From positions 3,641-67,640 of the forward strand of contig JAJDCA010000003.1 in the NCBI GenBank assembly GCA_029261055.1: 64,000 bases of DNA, read 5' to 3'. The notes under the pieces are model-generated. The model saw only the letters and a list, made by a program, of their open reading frames with translations, was not told the origin of the DNA and did no database searches. Position 1 is the stretch's first letter. Each line of letters begins with the position of its first letter. Shown piece by piece: positions 17,599 to 26,975 of this stretch. Made by a program: the position numbers and the translations under genes. This DNA comes from Candidatus Omnitrophota bacterium (GTDB lineage: Bacteria; Omnitrophota; Gorgyraeia; Zapsychrales; Zapsychraceae).

Positions 17599-18948
17599 TC
17601 AAATTTTTGAAGCTATTAAAGTTTGATATTCTTTCTTAATAAATTCAGGTACCATTTTATCAAGATATGGCTTTTTACACCCAGCGGTTTGGAAATTTTT
17701 TTCTTCCAAAAAAGACATCATGCGGCATCCACCGCTACACATTGGGAGATAAGTGCAATCTTGCGGGCATTGTTTCCAGACGTCAAGGTTTATAAATTCA
17801 TGATGTTTTTTATTGAAGTGTTCATCTTGGATGTTGCCAACCGCAAATTCCGGATGCCCTAGCATGGAATTACATTTGTAAATGTGTCCTTTTTGATCAA
17901 TCGTTACCCCCCCCTGTTCACTTGTTAATGGGCAGGCGGTGATGGACATACCATTTTTTGTCGGAAGACCGCGGCTTTCCATAAGGTTTTGGATTTTTTT
18001 ATTATCTTTTAGGAGTTGTTTATTTTCAAAATTACAGTTACAGGCTGTATTTTGAATTTGTTCTGCCTGGCCAACAGGTCCAAGGGTGGCATGAAGTGGT
18101 GAAAATATAAAACGGCCTAATTTGTGTAGAATTTCTATTTCTTCAAAATAATTAAGTAGTCGTTCGATCGGAGCGATATTCCCTTTAGTATAACTGGTAG
18201 AAATACCGATTTTAACCATATCACTACAATTGGTGATATTTTGAATGATTTTATCAAAGCTGCCTCGGCCATTACGTAAAGGGCGGTTACGATCATGATC
18301 TTGGCCAACACCATCTACGGAAATACGTACCTGGTCCAGTCCTAATGTAAGATAATGGGCAATACACTCTGGAGTCATCAAATAACCATTAGTTTGCAAC
18401 ATAAATTTGAATCGTATGCCTTGTTTTTTGCACCAGATTTGCATTTCACTGGCAATTTGTTCAAGAATAAATTTATTTAACAGAGGTTCCCCCCCGTAAA
18501 AAATTAGATAGAGTTGTTTATAATTAAATTTCTTAATTTGTTTTTTTAGCCATGTCATGACATGGTCTGCCGTTTTGGCATCCATTTTAACATTTGCGCG
18601 AGATGTTTCTTCAAAGCAGTAAGTACATTTTAGATTGCAGGCATAGGTTGTGAGGATCGTTACGGCAAAAGAGTCTGTTTTTGATTCATGTTTTAGTTGA
18701 TTTAAAAAAAACTTTAGGTTCTGATGGTCTTCTTTTTCATTTTTTACAATCATCCCCATTTTGTGTAAGGCTGTGAGATCTTTGGAATGGCGTTCGCGTA
18801 ATGTAGGTAAAATTTTTTCAGAATTTTCGATAATTTTACGTAATTCGTGATTAATTTTGACCATCCCTTGTGTACGAATATTATAAATAAGATGATCTTG
18901 ATCGGTTGGATAATTATCGATAATAAGTGTGTTGTTAGAAAATTGCAT
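17599..18948 (-). CDS. radical SAM/SPASM peptide maturase (geopeptide-maturase-like)
   Basis: CNLKCTYC, YGGEP; SPASM C..G.IYKC and C-x3-C-x5-C-x3-C...C; ~85-aa N-terminal extension (possible RRE). Confidence 0.9.
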   Translation of the reverse strand: MQFSNNTLIIDNYPTDQDHLIYNIRTQGMVKINHELRKIIENSEKILPTLRERHSKDLTALHKMGMIVKNEKEDHQNLKFFLNQLKHESKTDSFAVTILTTYACNLKCTYCFEETSRANVKMDAKTADHVMTWLKKQIKKFNYKQLYLIFYGGEPLLNKFILEQIASEMQIWCKKQGIRFKFMLQTNGYLMTPECIAHYLTLGLDQVRISVDGVGQDHDRNRPLRNGRGSFDKIIQNITNCSDMVKIGISTSYTKGNIAPIERLLNYFEEIEILHKLGRFIFSPLHATLGPVGQAEQIQNTACNCNFENKQLLKDNKKIQNLMESRGLPTKNGMSITACPLTSEQGGVTIDQKGHIYKCNSMLGHPEFAVGNIQDEHFNKKHHEFINLDVWKQCPQDCTYLPMCSGGCRMMSFLEEKNFQTAGCKKPYLDKMVPEFIKKEYQTLIASKI

Positions 18949-18980
18949 AAATTATGACTCAATATGGTTGCTAATTTTAT

Positions 18981-19025
18981 GATGGTAAGTGGTGAATGCT
19001 ATGATAGCAATTACCACTTACCATC
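18981..19025. other. strong intergenic stem-loop between precursor and maturase
   Basis: GATGGTAAGTGGT / ACCACTTACCATC 13-bp perfect inverted repeat plus inner TGCTA/TAGCA; no U-tract on the coding strand. Confidence 0.75.
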
Positions 19026-19046
19026 GTATAATGTATTTATAACGTT

Positions 19047-19154
19047 TTATTCAACCTCTTCAGGGGTTTGCATTGTTTCTGTCCCTGGTGGCCAACAACA
19101 ACTTAGCGCGGACATTTCTTTGAGGTCAACTGCCCCTTTTTTGATAATTTCCAT
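19047..19154 (-). CDS. RiPP precursor peptide, 35 aa, MEIIKKGAVDLKEMSALSCCWPPGTETMQTPEEVE (not in ORF track)
   Basis: Manual translation. Near-perfect SD TAAGGAGGTGA 5 nt before the ATG; CC motif; directly upstream of the rSAM/SPASM gene on the same strand. Confidence 0.88.
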   Translation of the reverse strand: MEIIKKGAVDLKEMSALSCCWPPGTETMQTPEEVE

Positions 19155-19184
19155 TAATATCACCTCCTTAATGTGTTATGAGTT

Positions 19185-20825
19185 TTATTTATGGAGAATT
19201 TGCCAGTTTTTTAATGAATGTACGGGCATGGACCAACAAAAGAAATCATCTGTATTTTTTAATTTCGCGGATACCGCATGAAAAGTTTGTGGAAAGAAAA
19301 AGAAGCAAGCTGGTTGATCCAAATAGAGTAATTTATGGATTTCTTGGTAAATCTTTGAGCGTTCATTTTTATTTTGGATTATCCTGCCAGATTCAAAAAG
19401 CATATCAATTTTGTTATTTTTATAAGGCCATAATTGTCCAAATTGGCTAGATGAGGAATACCAACTACCTAATGCATCATAAGCATCATGACCTAAACCT
19501 TCAAAAAAACGTAACCATGCTTGTGGTTTATGTGTGGTTAAAAAATTTTTGGTTAAATCCGAGTTATTTTTATAGGGAATGATTTGTACTTTCATTCCAA
19601 TTTCAGCTAATTGTTGACGAATAATAATGGCCGCTTTTTTGTAAAAATCATTACGGATATCTACGAGGAGGCGGAGTTCCAGCTTTTTTCTTCCTTTTTC
19701 AAAGACGCCATCTCCGTCTATATCTTTCCATCCTAAATGCATAAGGTTCATGCGTGCTCGTAAGGGATTGTAAGGCAGTGATCGGACATCAGAATTAAAC
19801 CCCATCGACTTGGGATGAAATGGCCCGGTGCTTTCTAGTCCTTCAACGGAAGTTGCTTGCATGAGTTGTTTTCGGTCTATGCTCATAGCAATCGCGTTAC
19901 GAATATCAGGGTTAAAGAAGGTAGAATCTTGGGTATTGTAGACCATGGCAAAATACATTTCCCAAGGAATGGTATAAGTCTTGAATGTTGGATCTTTGGC
20001 AACAATTTTATAATCTTCATGATTGAGATATAAGACAAGATCAACTTCTTGCTGCATTAAAGCGATCCAGAGTTTTTTGGCATTAGGATATGTTTTTATA
20101 ATAATCTGGTCTAAATAAGGGCGATTTTCAAAATATTTTTGATTGGCTTCAAGGGTTATTTGATTTGTTTTTTTATCCCATTTTTTAAATTTGAATGGGC
20201 CTGTCCCAATGGGAAAGTAGTTGAAGGATGCTGTGGGCAGTGCTTTATCACTCAGGAGATGTTTAGGAGCAATTTCTCTGGTGAGCTTATGCAAAATAGC
20301 CGGAAACGCCTTTTTGAGTTTTATTTTTACTGTGTAATTATCAATGATTTTCCATTGTTCGATCAATTCTGTATTGGTACGTCGAGGTGATTGGTTTTTT
20401 GAATCGGCAATCATGTCATAAGTAAATTTTATATCTTTTGTCGTTAATTCTACACCATCGTGAAATTTGACACCTTCATGCAAATAAAAAATATAAACCA
20501 ATCCGTCTTCGGAGATGTCCCAGGATTTGGCTAACCCAGGTACGACTTTTCCCTGGCTATTAATACGGACAAGAGAATCAAAGATGAGGGCCATTAACGG
20601 TGCTGAAACGCTATGTGAGGTCAGTATGGGATTAATAATGGTCGGAGGATTACTTGTTCCCCACACTAAGGTACCTCCATATTTTTTTTGTCTGATTTGG
20701 GCTAAGTCTGCTAATGCCGTGGAAGGATATGGGGCTAACATATTTGTCATAAAGATAAAGGTGATAAAAATTTTTAAAAACATTGTGAGGTCTTGGCATT
20801 GACCTGAGTGATCAATACCATACAT
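19185..20825 (-). CDS. ABC-type peptide substrate-binding protein (SBP family 5, AppA/OppA-like), no permease nearby
   Basis: GGTL, PGLAKSWDIS.DG..Y.F.L..GVKFHDG, PIGTGPF. True start probably ATG 20783. Confidence 0.9.
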   Translation of the reverse strand: MYGIDHSGQCQDLTMFLKIFITFIFMTNMLAPYPSTALADLAQIRQKKYGGTLVWGTSNPPTIINPILTSHSVSAPLMALIFDSLVRINSQGKVVPGLAKSWDISEDGLVYIFYLHEGVKFHDGVELTTKDIKFTYDMIADSKNQSPRRTNTELIEQWKIIDNYTVKIKLKKAFPAILHKLTREIAPKHLLSDKALPTASFNYFPIGTGPFKFKKWDKKTNQITLEANQKYFENRPYLDQIIIKTYPNAKKLWIALMQQEVDLVLYLNHEDYKIVAKDPTFKTYTIPWEMYFAMVYNTQDSTFFNPDIRNAIAMSIDRKQLMQATSVEGLESTGPFHPKSMGFNSDVRSLPYNPLRARMNLMHLGWKDIDGDGVFEKGRKKLELRLLVDIRNDFYKKAAIIIRQQLAEIGMKVQIIPYKNNSDLTKNFLTTHKPQAWLRFFEGLGHDAYDALGSWYSSSSQFGQLWPYKNNKIDMLFESGRIIQNKNERSKIYQEIHKLLYLDQPACFFFFPQTFHAVSAKLKNTDDFFCWSMPVHSLKNWQILHK

Positions 20826-20882
20826 TACGAAGGGAATAAGAAAATAGGTTTATGTGTGTTTTAGCTGACTTTTTTCTACTTT

Positions 20883-22793
20883 TTAAAATTTAAGCGAAAA
20901 TCCCCCTTCAAAATAACGCTCTGGTAGAGGAAATGTTTTGTCAGACCAATATTTACTGTTGGTAATATTGTGGATGTTAACAAAGATTTCACCTTTGATA
21001 TTTTTGTAACGAGGTTGGTAATTCTGGGTTAATTTGGCATCAAAAATTGGTTTACGGTCATTGGGTTCATCGCTGGCATCAGAATCCCAACGATCGTAGT
21101 AACCATAGAGATTAAGTCCAAAGCCTTTTTTATTTTTGTAGTTTGCTCCCCATCGAAAGCTTTGCCGAGCTGTGCCGTTGCCTCTTACGACTTCATCTGT
21201 GGCTTTGTCCACCACATGATTAAATGCACTGCTGGTAAAAAAATGCCACTCTTCAGAGAGGGTATAATCTAAGGTTAAATCTACGCTTTGACGACGAAAT
21301 TTATCAAAGTTTTGACTTTGAAATAAAGAATCTTCATTGAATACAATTTTAATAGCATCTCTTATTTGGGCCAATGAATAATTTAGGTTAAGGTTTAATG
21401 CTGATAACGGGTTTGTCTCCAGGCCAATTTCATACACCATAGCTTTTTCAGCCTTTAACTCTGGATTCGGAGCGACCAAAAAAGATGGATCGTCATTAAA
21501 TAACCATAATAAAGGTGGGGCTTGGAAGGCTCGGGTAGCCTTGAAGCGAATCGAGGTCTCTCTCTCATCTTTAAACTGATAAATGGCGCCAAGGCTTGGG
21601 CTTGTTTGATCTCCAAAACGGTTGTTATTATCATAACGAATGCCTGGAATAATATCTAAATTACCTAAATTTAGTGTATAATTAGCAAATGGGGCTTCCA
21701 TGTGAATATGTTTTGGTTGAGGAATATTACGGCTAGATTTGATTTTTTGCCATTCAAAATCACTACCGACAACAAGTTTGTCTTTTTCTCGAAAAGTAAA
21801 GCGGGCTACGCCACTTAACCCATTGTAGATGTTTGAGTTGTTTGTAAGGAGCCCCCCAACAGTCTCTGTTTTTATATTTTGATTGTTATATTTTCCGGAG
21901 ATATTAAGTTGAAACTTAGGTTTATCAATTTCAAAAGACATTTTTCCGTATCGGGAATAATAAGGTTGTAGTGTGGTTGATCCTGAGGGTTTGACCCCAT
22001 CACGGACTTCAGCTCCACTATATCCGAAAGAAGCCGTTAGTTTGGCTTGGTCTCCAACAGGATAATTGAGTTTGGAAAAATATTTTTGCTCTTCTACATC
22101 GGAAATAGATCGAGTGCCAGAAGTATTCATAAAACTTCCTGAAACAAAATAACCAGCCTTACCTATTCGTCCTGCGAGATCAAGGCTATTTTTGGTTGTG
22201 CCAAATTCAGCAAACGATGAGGTGAAGTTGCCGGTGGGGATAGTATTTTCCCCTACCTCTTTTGTGATTACGTTGATGACCCCCCCTAGACTGGATCCCC
22301 AGGCACTTGAAGAAGCTCCTTTTATAACTTCAATTTGTTTGATGTTCTCTATTGGGATTTTTGTGGGGTTAGCCTGGCCTGAGAGTTGGGTGTTAAATGG
22401 GATTCCATCGACCATCACCAAGACTTGCCGTGATCGAGATCCTTGGATTGTGAGAGATGTGCTTTGACCAAATTTATTACGTACAGCAATATTGACTCCT
22501 GGAATAAGGCTTAAGACTTCCCCTAAATCGCGTCCAGGTAATTTTTCAATATCTTTTTCAGTATAAATAATGACATTTTCTGCAGCACGGTCTGCCTCAC
22601 TTTGTATACGTGTGGCGCTCACGATAATGGGCGATGTCTCTGCAGAGTGTGCGTAAGTCGAAGTAAAAATTAAGAAAGTAGATATACAGATGGTAGGCAA
22701 TAAATGAGAAAAATTAAATTTTATGTAATAGTTTTGGGGATGTTTGGGGAACATTACGATCGGTACTATATCGTACTTTTTTTGATAGATCAA
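20883..22793 (-). CDS. TonB-dependent outer membrane receptor
   Basis: IIVSATR, plug domain (LIPGV, VLVMVDG, IEVIKGASSSAWG..LGGVINVITK), C-terminal Phe. True start may be ATG 22754. Confidence 0.92.
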   Translation of the reverse strand: MIYQKKYDIVPIVMFPKHPQNYYIKFNFSHLLPTICISTFLIFTSTYAHSAETSPIIVSATRIQSEADRAAENVIIYTEKDIEKLPGRDLGEVLSLIPGVNIAVRNKFGQSTSLTIQGSRSRQVLVMVDGIPFNTQLSGQANPTKIPIENIKQIEVIKGASSSAWGSSLGGVINVITKEVGENTIPTGNFTSSFAEFGTTKNSLDLAGRIGKAGYFVSGSFMNTSGTRSISDVEEQKYFSKLNYPVGDQAKLTASFGYSGAEVRDGVKPSGSTTLQPYYSRYGKMSFEIDKPKFQLNISGKYNNQNIKTETVGGLLTNNSNIYNGLSGVARFTFREKDKLVVGSDFEWQKIKSSRNIPQPKHIHMEAPFANYTLNLGNLDIIPGIRYDNNNRFGDQTSPSLGAIYQFKDERETSIRFKATRAFQAPPLLWLFNDDPSFLVAPNPELKAEKAMVYEIGLETNPLSALNLNLNYSLAQIRDAIKIVFNEDSLFQSQNFDKFRRQSVDLTLDYTLSEEWHFFTSSAFNHVVDKATDEVVRGNGTARQSFRWGANYKNKKGFGLNLYGYYDRWDSDASDEPNDRKPIFDAKLTQNYQPRYKNIKGEIFVNIHNITNSKYWSDKTFPLPERYFEGGFSLKF

Positions 22794-22815
22794 GGATAAT
22801 ACATAGGTTGTGTAT

Positions 22816-22854
22816 AAAAAAGGGGCCTTGATTGTTGAAAAATTTTAGGCCCCT
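22816..22854 (-). terminator. putative intrinsic terminator/attenuator upstream of the TonB receptor
   Basis: AGGGGCCT/AGGCCCCT stem with a large loop, followed by a T-tract on the minus strand. Confidence 0.5.
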
Positions 22855-22871
22855 CCCGTGGCGGGTAATTT

Positions 22872-23099
22872 TTATAACATATCTTCAATTAATGTTATTT
22901 CGGTTTTAATGGTGGGTTTTTGTCCATGGGGAATATAAGCTTTTACCTCAGCTTTTGATTTAAAAATTTCCAAAGCTTCTTTTCTTCGATTTTCTTTTAA
23001 TAAAGCAATGACTTTTTCTTTGAGACTTTTTTTGTTTAATGTCGCGATAACTCTTAAACTTTGATAATTTTCATTATTTAATACGAGTAATGCGTTCAT
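22872..23099 (-). CDS. small hypothetical protein
   Basis: 75 aa, SD AAGGAG, no family recognised. Confidence 0.6.
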   Translation of the reverse strand: MNALLVLNNENYQSLRVIATLNKKSLKEKVIALLKENRRKEALEIFKSKAEVKAYIPHGQKPTIKTEITLIEDML

Positions 23100-23204
23100 T
23101 TTTAGTTTCTCCTTTGTAATATGGCGTGAAGAATAGTATCTTCAGGTATTTTGCTTCTTGCTGCGCGCATGTAATTTTTAGTTAATTAAAGCATAACATA
23201 TGGT

Positions 23205-23358
23205 GTGTCATAAATCAAGTGTATCTAAGTTATTTTGACATATTTTGTATTACTTATAACATTATGTAATTAAATAGTTTATGATAATTATGAAAGTAAA
23301 TAGTTATTATATTTTAAAATAATGTCATAATTATATGATTATATCATTGTTATGACAT
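23205..23358. promoter_or_regulatory. two inverted-repeat operator candidates, RTGTCATAA-N19-TTWTGACAT
   Basis: GTGTCATAA 23205-13 / TTTTGACAT 23233-41 and ATGTCATAA 23322-30 / TTATGACAT 23350-58, with identical spacing. Confidence 0.55.
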
Positions 23359-23468
23359 ATTATGACGGTGTTATCAACTACAGAGATAATACTTAAAAAT
23401 GTAAGGACTCCTCTAAAAAATTATATTTTCTATATGTCAAAATATTAGTTTTTTTTTGTTTTTATGGC

Positions 23469-23497
23469 TTGACATGTATTCTTAGCTAGTATATAAA
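23469..23497 (+). promoter_or_regulatory. sigma70 promoter of the XRE-cupin gene
   Basis: TTGACA-17 nt-TATAAA. Confidence 0.65.
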
Positions 23498-23541
23498 TTA
23501 ATTCTCTATATGTAATATATTAATTAAATGAGGAGAATTCC

Positions 23542-24111
23542 GTGAATCATTATGAAAAAATAAAAAAAATTCGTAAAGAGCAAAAAATGACGATAAAAGA
23601 GGTTTATCAGCGTGGTAAGTCTATTTGGGGGCAACAAAATGCACTCTCGATTAGTACGATTAATCGAATTGAAGCGGGTAAACGGCATAAATTTTCTTCT
23701 TTACACAAGCTTTGTTTTATTTTAGGTGTTGAGCTTAAGGAATTATTTAAAGATACTGAAGTTTCAGAATATTTAGTCATACCCAGAAAAGAAAGAACAT
23801 TAGGATACTCTTATAATGAAAAAGCTTTTTCTAATATTGTGAATAATCCGAATCAGAGTTTTTTGGCTCAAGAATTTACTTTAGCGCCTTCCGGTAGGAC
23901 ATCTTCTGATAATGCGACTTTAGCTGGAGAGAAATCTGAAAAATGGGTTTATGTTGTTAGAGGTGAGCTAGTGTGTGTTATTGAAGCAGAGAAGTTTTTA
24001 TTAAAAGGCCGGGATACTTTGTCATTTGATAGCACTAAGGTTCATTATTTCAAAAATGCGTCTAATAAAAAATGTATCTTTATTGTTGTTGAGAATCCGG
24101 GGCGTTATTGA
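23542..24111 (+). CDS. XRE-family HTH regulator with cupin sensor domain
   Basis: N-terminal HTH (IKKIRK..MTIKE..SISTINRIEAG), C-terminal cupin (E.WVYVVRGEL...FDST.VHYFKN); SD GAGGAG. Confidence 0.88.
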   Translation: MNHYEKIKKIRKEQKMTIKEVYQRGKSIWGQQNALSISTINRIEAGKRHKFSSLHKLCFILGVELKELFKDTEVSEYLVIPRKERTLGYSYNEKAFSNIVNNPNQSFLAQEFTLAPSGRTSSDNATLAGEKSEKWVYVVRGELVCVIEAEKFLLKGRDTLSFDSTKVHYFKNASNKKCIFIVVENPGRY

Positions 24112-24122
24112 GGTTTAAAAAA

Positions 24123-24494
24123 TCATTGTTCAGAAATTTCTTTGATTTTTTGTGTAGCCACGATGCGTAGATCATCAAAACTAAACGGTTTTGTCATGTA
24201 GTCATCAGCCCCTAATGCCGTCGCTTTCTGGCGCATCGCTTCATCCCCTTTGGCTGTTACCATAATCACCATAACTTTAGGATCAAGTTCTTTAAACTCT
24301 TTCAGAAGGTCCAAACCATCAACATCAGGCATAAGAATATCCAGAAAAATTATTTTTGGTTTTTCTTTTTTGAATACACTCAACGCCTTTTTCCCTGTCG
24401 TTGCCGTAAATACAGTAAAACCTATATACGAAAATGTTTGACTAATACTTTCACATACCCCGGCTTCATCATCTACAGCTAAAATTTTTATCAT
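24123..24494 (-). CDS. single-domain response regulator (receiver)
   Basis: ILAVDDE, FLDILMP, VTA, KPF. Confidence 0.9.
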   Translation of the reverse strand: MIKILAVDDEAGVCESISQTFSYIGFTVFTATTGKKALSVFKKEKPKIIFLDILMPDVDGLDLLKEFKELDPKVMVIMVTAKGDEAMRQKATALGADDYMTKPFSFDDLRIVATQKIKEISEQ

Positions 24495-24865
24495 GATTGT
24501 TCCTTTCGATTACCAGTACCCCGTGTAATAAGTTTGGTATTGACTTCTTTAGCAGAAAAAGTTTCTTTTAAGGCCTCAATCGCGCGTTCGGGGTACATTT
24601 GACCGCAGGTGAGAATGTCAAAGGCGGCGAATCCGTCTTCCGGCCAGGTGTGGATGGCAAAATGGGATTCGGCAATGAGGATGATGCCTGTAACACCAAT
24701 GGGGTCAAACTGATAGAAATAATGTTCTAGAATGGTGGCTTCACTTTTGACAGCTGCTTCTAAAAAGGCTTCTTTGACATCAGCAGCAAATTTAAGTCGT
24801 TCTTTGTCACAGTCAATGAAATCGACCAGATAATGTTTTCCGTGGTTTTTTTGTGGTTGGGTCAT
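24491..24865 (-). CDS. speD: S-adenosylmethionine decarboxylase proenzyme
   Basis: GKH...D, F.P.GVTG...IAESHFAIHTWPE..A.FD..TCG. Confidence 0.93.
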   Translation of the reverse strand: MTQPQKNHGKHYLVDFIDCDKERLKFAADVKEAFLEAAVKSEATILEHYFYQFDPIGVTGIILIAESHFAIHTWPEDGFAAFDILTCGQMYPERAIEALKETFSAKEVNTKLITRGTGNRKEQS

Positions 24866-24867
24866 GG

Positions 24868-25302
24868 TTAGACTTCCTTAACACTAAAGCCGATTTCCGC
24901 TTCAGCAACTTTTTTGTCTTTTACATAAGCCTGGATTTTGAGGAATCCTGCCTTGCTCATGAGTTTTAGGGTTGTTACGTCTATTTTTAGCTGGTCACCG
25001 GGAACCACGGGGGCAAAGAATTTGCTGGATACTTTGGCTAAATAATAAACTAAGTCTTTCCCTTGCATGTTTTTGCTGTAATAAAAATAAATACAACCGG
25101 CCTGGGCCATCGCTTCCACTATTAAAACACCAGGCATAATTTTCTCATTTGGAAAATGTCCTGTAAAAAAAGGTTCATTTACAGAAACATTTTTGATGGC
25201 CGTAAGTTTTTCATTAGGTTGTAAATCAATAACCCTATCAATGAGTAAAAATGGATAACGATGAGGAATAATTTTCTGGATTTCTTGAATATCTAATTGC
25301 AT
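24868..25302 (-). CDS. fabZ: 3-hydroxyacyl-ACP dehydratase
   Basis: IPHRYPFLLIDR, FTGHFP..IMPGVLIVEAMAQ. Confidence 0.95.
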   Translation of the reverse strand: MQLDIQEIQKIIPHRYPFLLIDRVIDLQPNEKLTAIKNVSVNEPFFTGHFPNEKIMPGVLIVEAMAQAGCIYFYYSKNMQGKDLVYYLAKVSSKFFAPVVPGDQLKIDVTTLKLMSKAGFLKIQAYVKDKKVAEAEIGFSVKEV

Positions 25303-25305
25303 GAT

Positions 25306-25902
25306 TTATCCTTTTTTATCGGTAACACTATTTAATATATATTTTCCAAGGATGTCAGTTTCAATATTGACCTGATCCCCTTCTTTTATTGTTCCGAGAG
25401 TAGTGACCTTGAGGGTAAATGGGATTAAATAGACGGAGAAATAACTTTTTTTGACTTCCCCCACTGTTAGGCTTATGCCGTCAACACATACAGAACCTTT
25501 GGGGACAAAGTAAGGAGCTGTTTTTTTATTAAGACTAAATCTTAGTTCAGTATAATTCTCAAGAGTAATTTTCTTTTTTAGGGTGGCCATGTGATCTACA
25601 TGGCCGGTGACAAAATGCCCATCAATACGGCCGTTGGCTTTAAGGGCACGTTCTAAATTAACTTTGTTTCCTAGTTTGAGTGCGCCTAAGGTTGTTTTGG
25701 TAAGGGTTTCTTTCATGATATCAAAACTTAGGATATTCTTTTTGATCTGTGTCACCGTGAGGCACACGCCGTTAATCGCAATGCTGTCACCCTTTTTTAT
25801 CCCAGCGGGGCCCGACCAGGCTAATGTATCCAAAATAGCAAGATTTTTTGTCGTCGTGAGTTTTTTAACTGTCCCTGTTTTTTCTATGATACCGGTGAAC
25901 AT
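25306..25902 (-). CDS. ribE: riboflavin synthase
   Basis: MFTGII, GDSIAINGVCLTV, GHFVTGHVD. Confidence 0.95.
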   Translation of the reverse strand: MFTGIIEKTGTVKKLTTTKNLAILDTLAWSGPAGIKKGDSIAINGVCLTVTQIKKNILSFDIMKETLTKTTLGALKLGNKVNLERALKANGRIDGHFVTGHVDHMATLKKKITLENYTELRFSLNKKTAPYFVPKGSVCVDGISLTVGEVKKSYFSVYLIPFTLKVTTLGTIKEGDQVNIETDILGKYILNSVTDKKG

Positions 25903-26975
25903 GTGATAAATATTTCCTGGTTGAGTTTTTGAATTTCGAAGTTTTTTAATTCAATCGCTTTATTAATATTAAGGGTATTCAGCCCTACTACGGAACTTAA
26001 GGCCTTTTGATCGCCAATAATTTTTGGGGCGATATAAATATGCATTTTGTCAATTAAGCGTTCTTTTAAAGCGTTGCCGATCGTGCGAGCGCCACCTTCC
26101 AATAGGATACTGGTAATTTTTTGTTTGGCAAGTTCTTTGAAGAGCTCTTTTAAGGGAATGCCTTCTCTTTTTTTGGGATAAACAATAACATGGATCCCTT
26201 TATTCTTAAGGAGTTGAATTTTTTTGGGAGAAGCTTTAGTTGTCGTGGCTACAATACAGTCAGAAAAATTGACATCCTGAAAAAGTTTGGCGTTGGGGGA
26301 AATTTGTAGTGATGAATCCAGGATGATTTTTTTTAAGTGTTTTGTTTTTTTAGCGGCATTTAATCTGGGGTTATCTTTGAGTACGGTGTTGATGCCAACA
26401 CAAATAGCATCAAACTCATTACGTAGTGCACGAGCAAATTGACGTGTTTTATGTGAGGTAATCCATTGGGAATGACCCGTGGCTGTGGCAATTTTGCCAT
26501 CTAAGGTTTGGGCACATTTTGCTGTTACAAAGGGACGCTGATATTTTATGTATTTGATGAATGCTTCATTGAGTTGTTCAGATTCTTTTTGAAGCACGCC
26601 GATTTGTGTAAGGATGCCTGCGCGACGTAATTTGGCAATAGATTTTCCATTGGTCAAAGGATTGGGGTCCTTCATTCCAATGACTACTTTTTTAATTTTA
26701 CTTTTGATAACAGCATCGACACACGGTGGGGTTTTACCCGTATGACAACATGGTTCTAAGTTTACGTAGAGGGTTGCTCCCTGAGCCTTGAGACCTGCCT
26801 CTTTAAGAGCAATGACTTCAGCATGATTGCCTCCACAACGCCGGTGCCAACCTTGGGAAATGATTTTGTTGTTTTTTACAATAACAGCGCCAACCATGGG
26901 GTTTGGGGAAGTTAGTCCTTTCCCTTTACGCGCAAGGTTGAGAACGCTTGTCATGTAGTCGATGTGTTGTAACAT
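25884..26975 (-). CDS. ribD: bifunctional pyrimidine deaminase/reductase
   Basis: PNPMVGAV, HAE, LEPCCH.GKTPPC, LEGG. Confidence 0.95.
   Translation of the reverse strand: MLQHIDYMTSVLNLARKGKGLTSPNPMVGAVIVKNNKIISQGWHRRCGGNHAEVIALKEAGLKAQGATLYVNLEPCCHTGKTPPCVDAVIKSKIKKVVIGMKDPNPLTNGKSIAKLRRAGILTQIGVLQKESEQLNEAFIKYIKYQRPFVTAKCAQTLDGKIATATGHSQWITSHKTRQFARALRNEFDAICVGINTVLKDNPRLNAAKKTKHLKKIILDSSLQISPNAKLFQDVNFSDCIVATTTKASPKKIQLLKNKGIHVIVYPKKREGIPLKELFKELAKQKITSILLEGGARTIGNALKERLIDKMHIYIAPKIIGDQKALSSVVGLNTLNINKAIELKNFEIQKLNQEIFITCSPVS

Noticed and set aside
17599-18948. Anaerobic sulfatase maturase
   Set aside because: No sulfatase nearby. The N-terminal extension and adjacent Cys peptide fit a peptide maturase better.
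18964-19450. Plus-strand ORFs of 105 and 90 aa over the precursor region
   Set aside because: Antisense shadows with no SD or recognisable motif. The minus-strand 35-aa ORF has a near-perfect SD and fits the operon.
20883-23099. BtuB with a cobalamin riboswitch
   Set aside because: No B12-box or riboswitch consensus recognised upstream, and no btuFCD genes.
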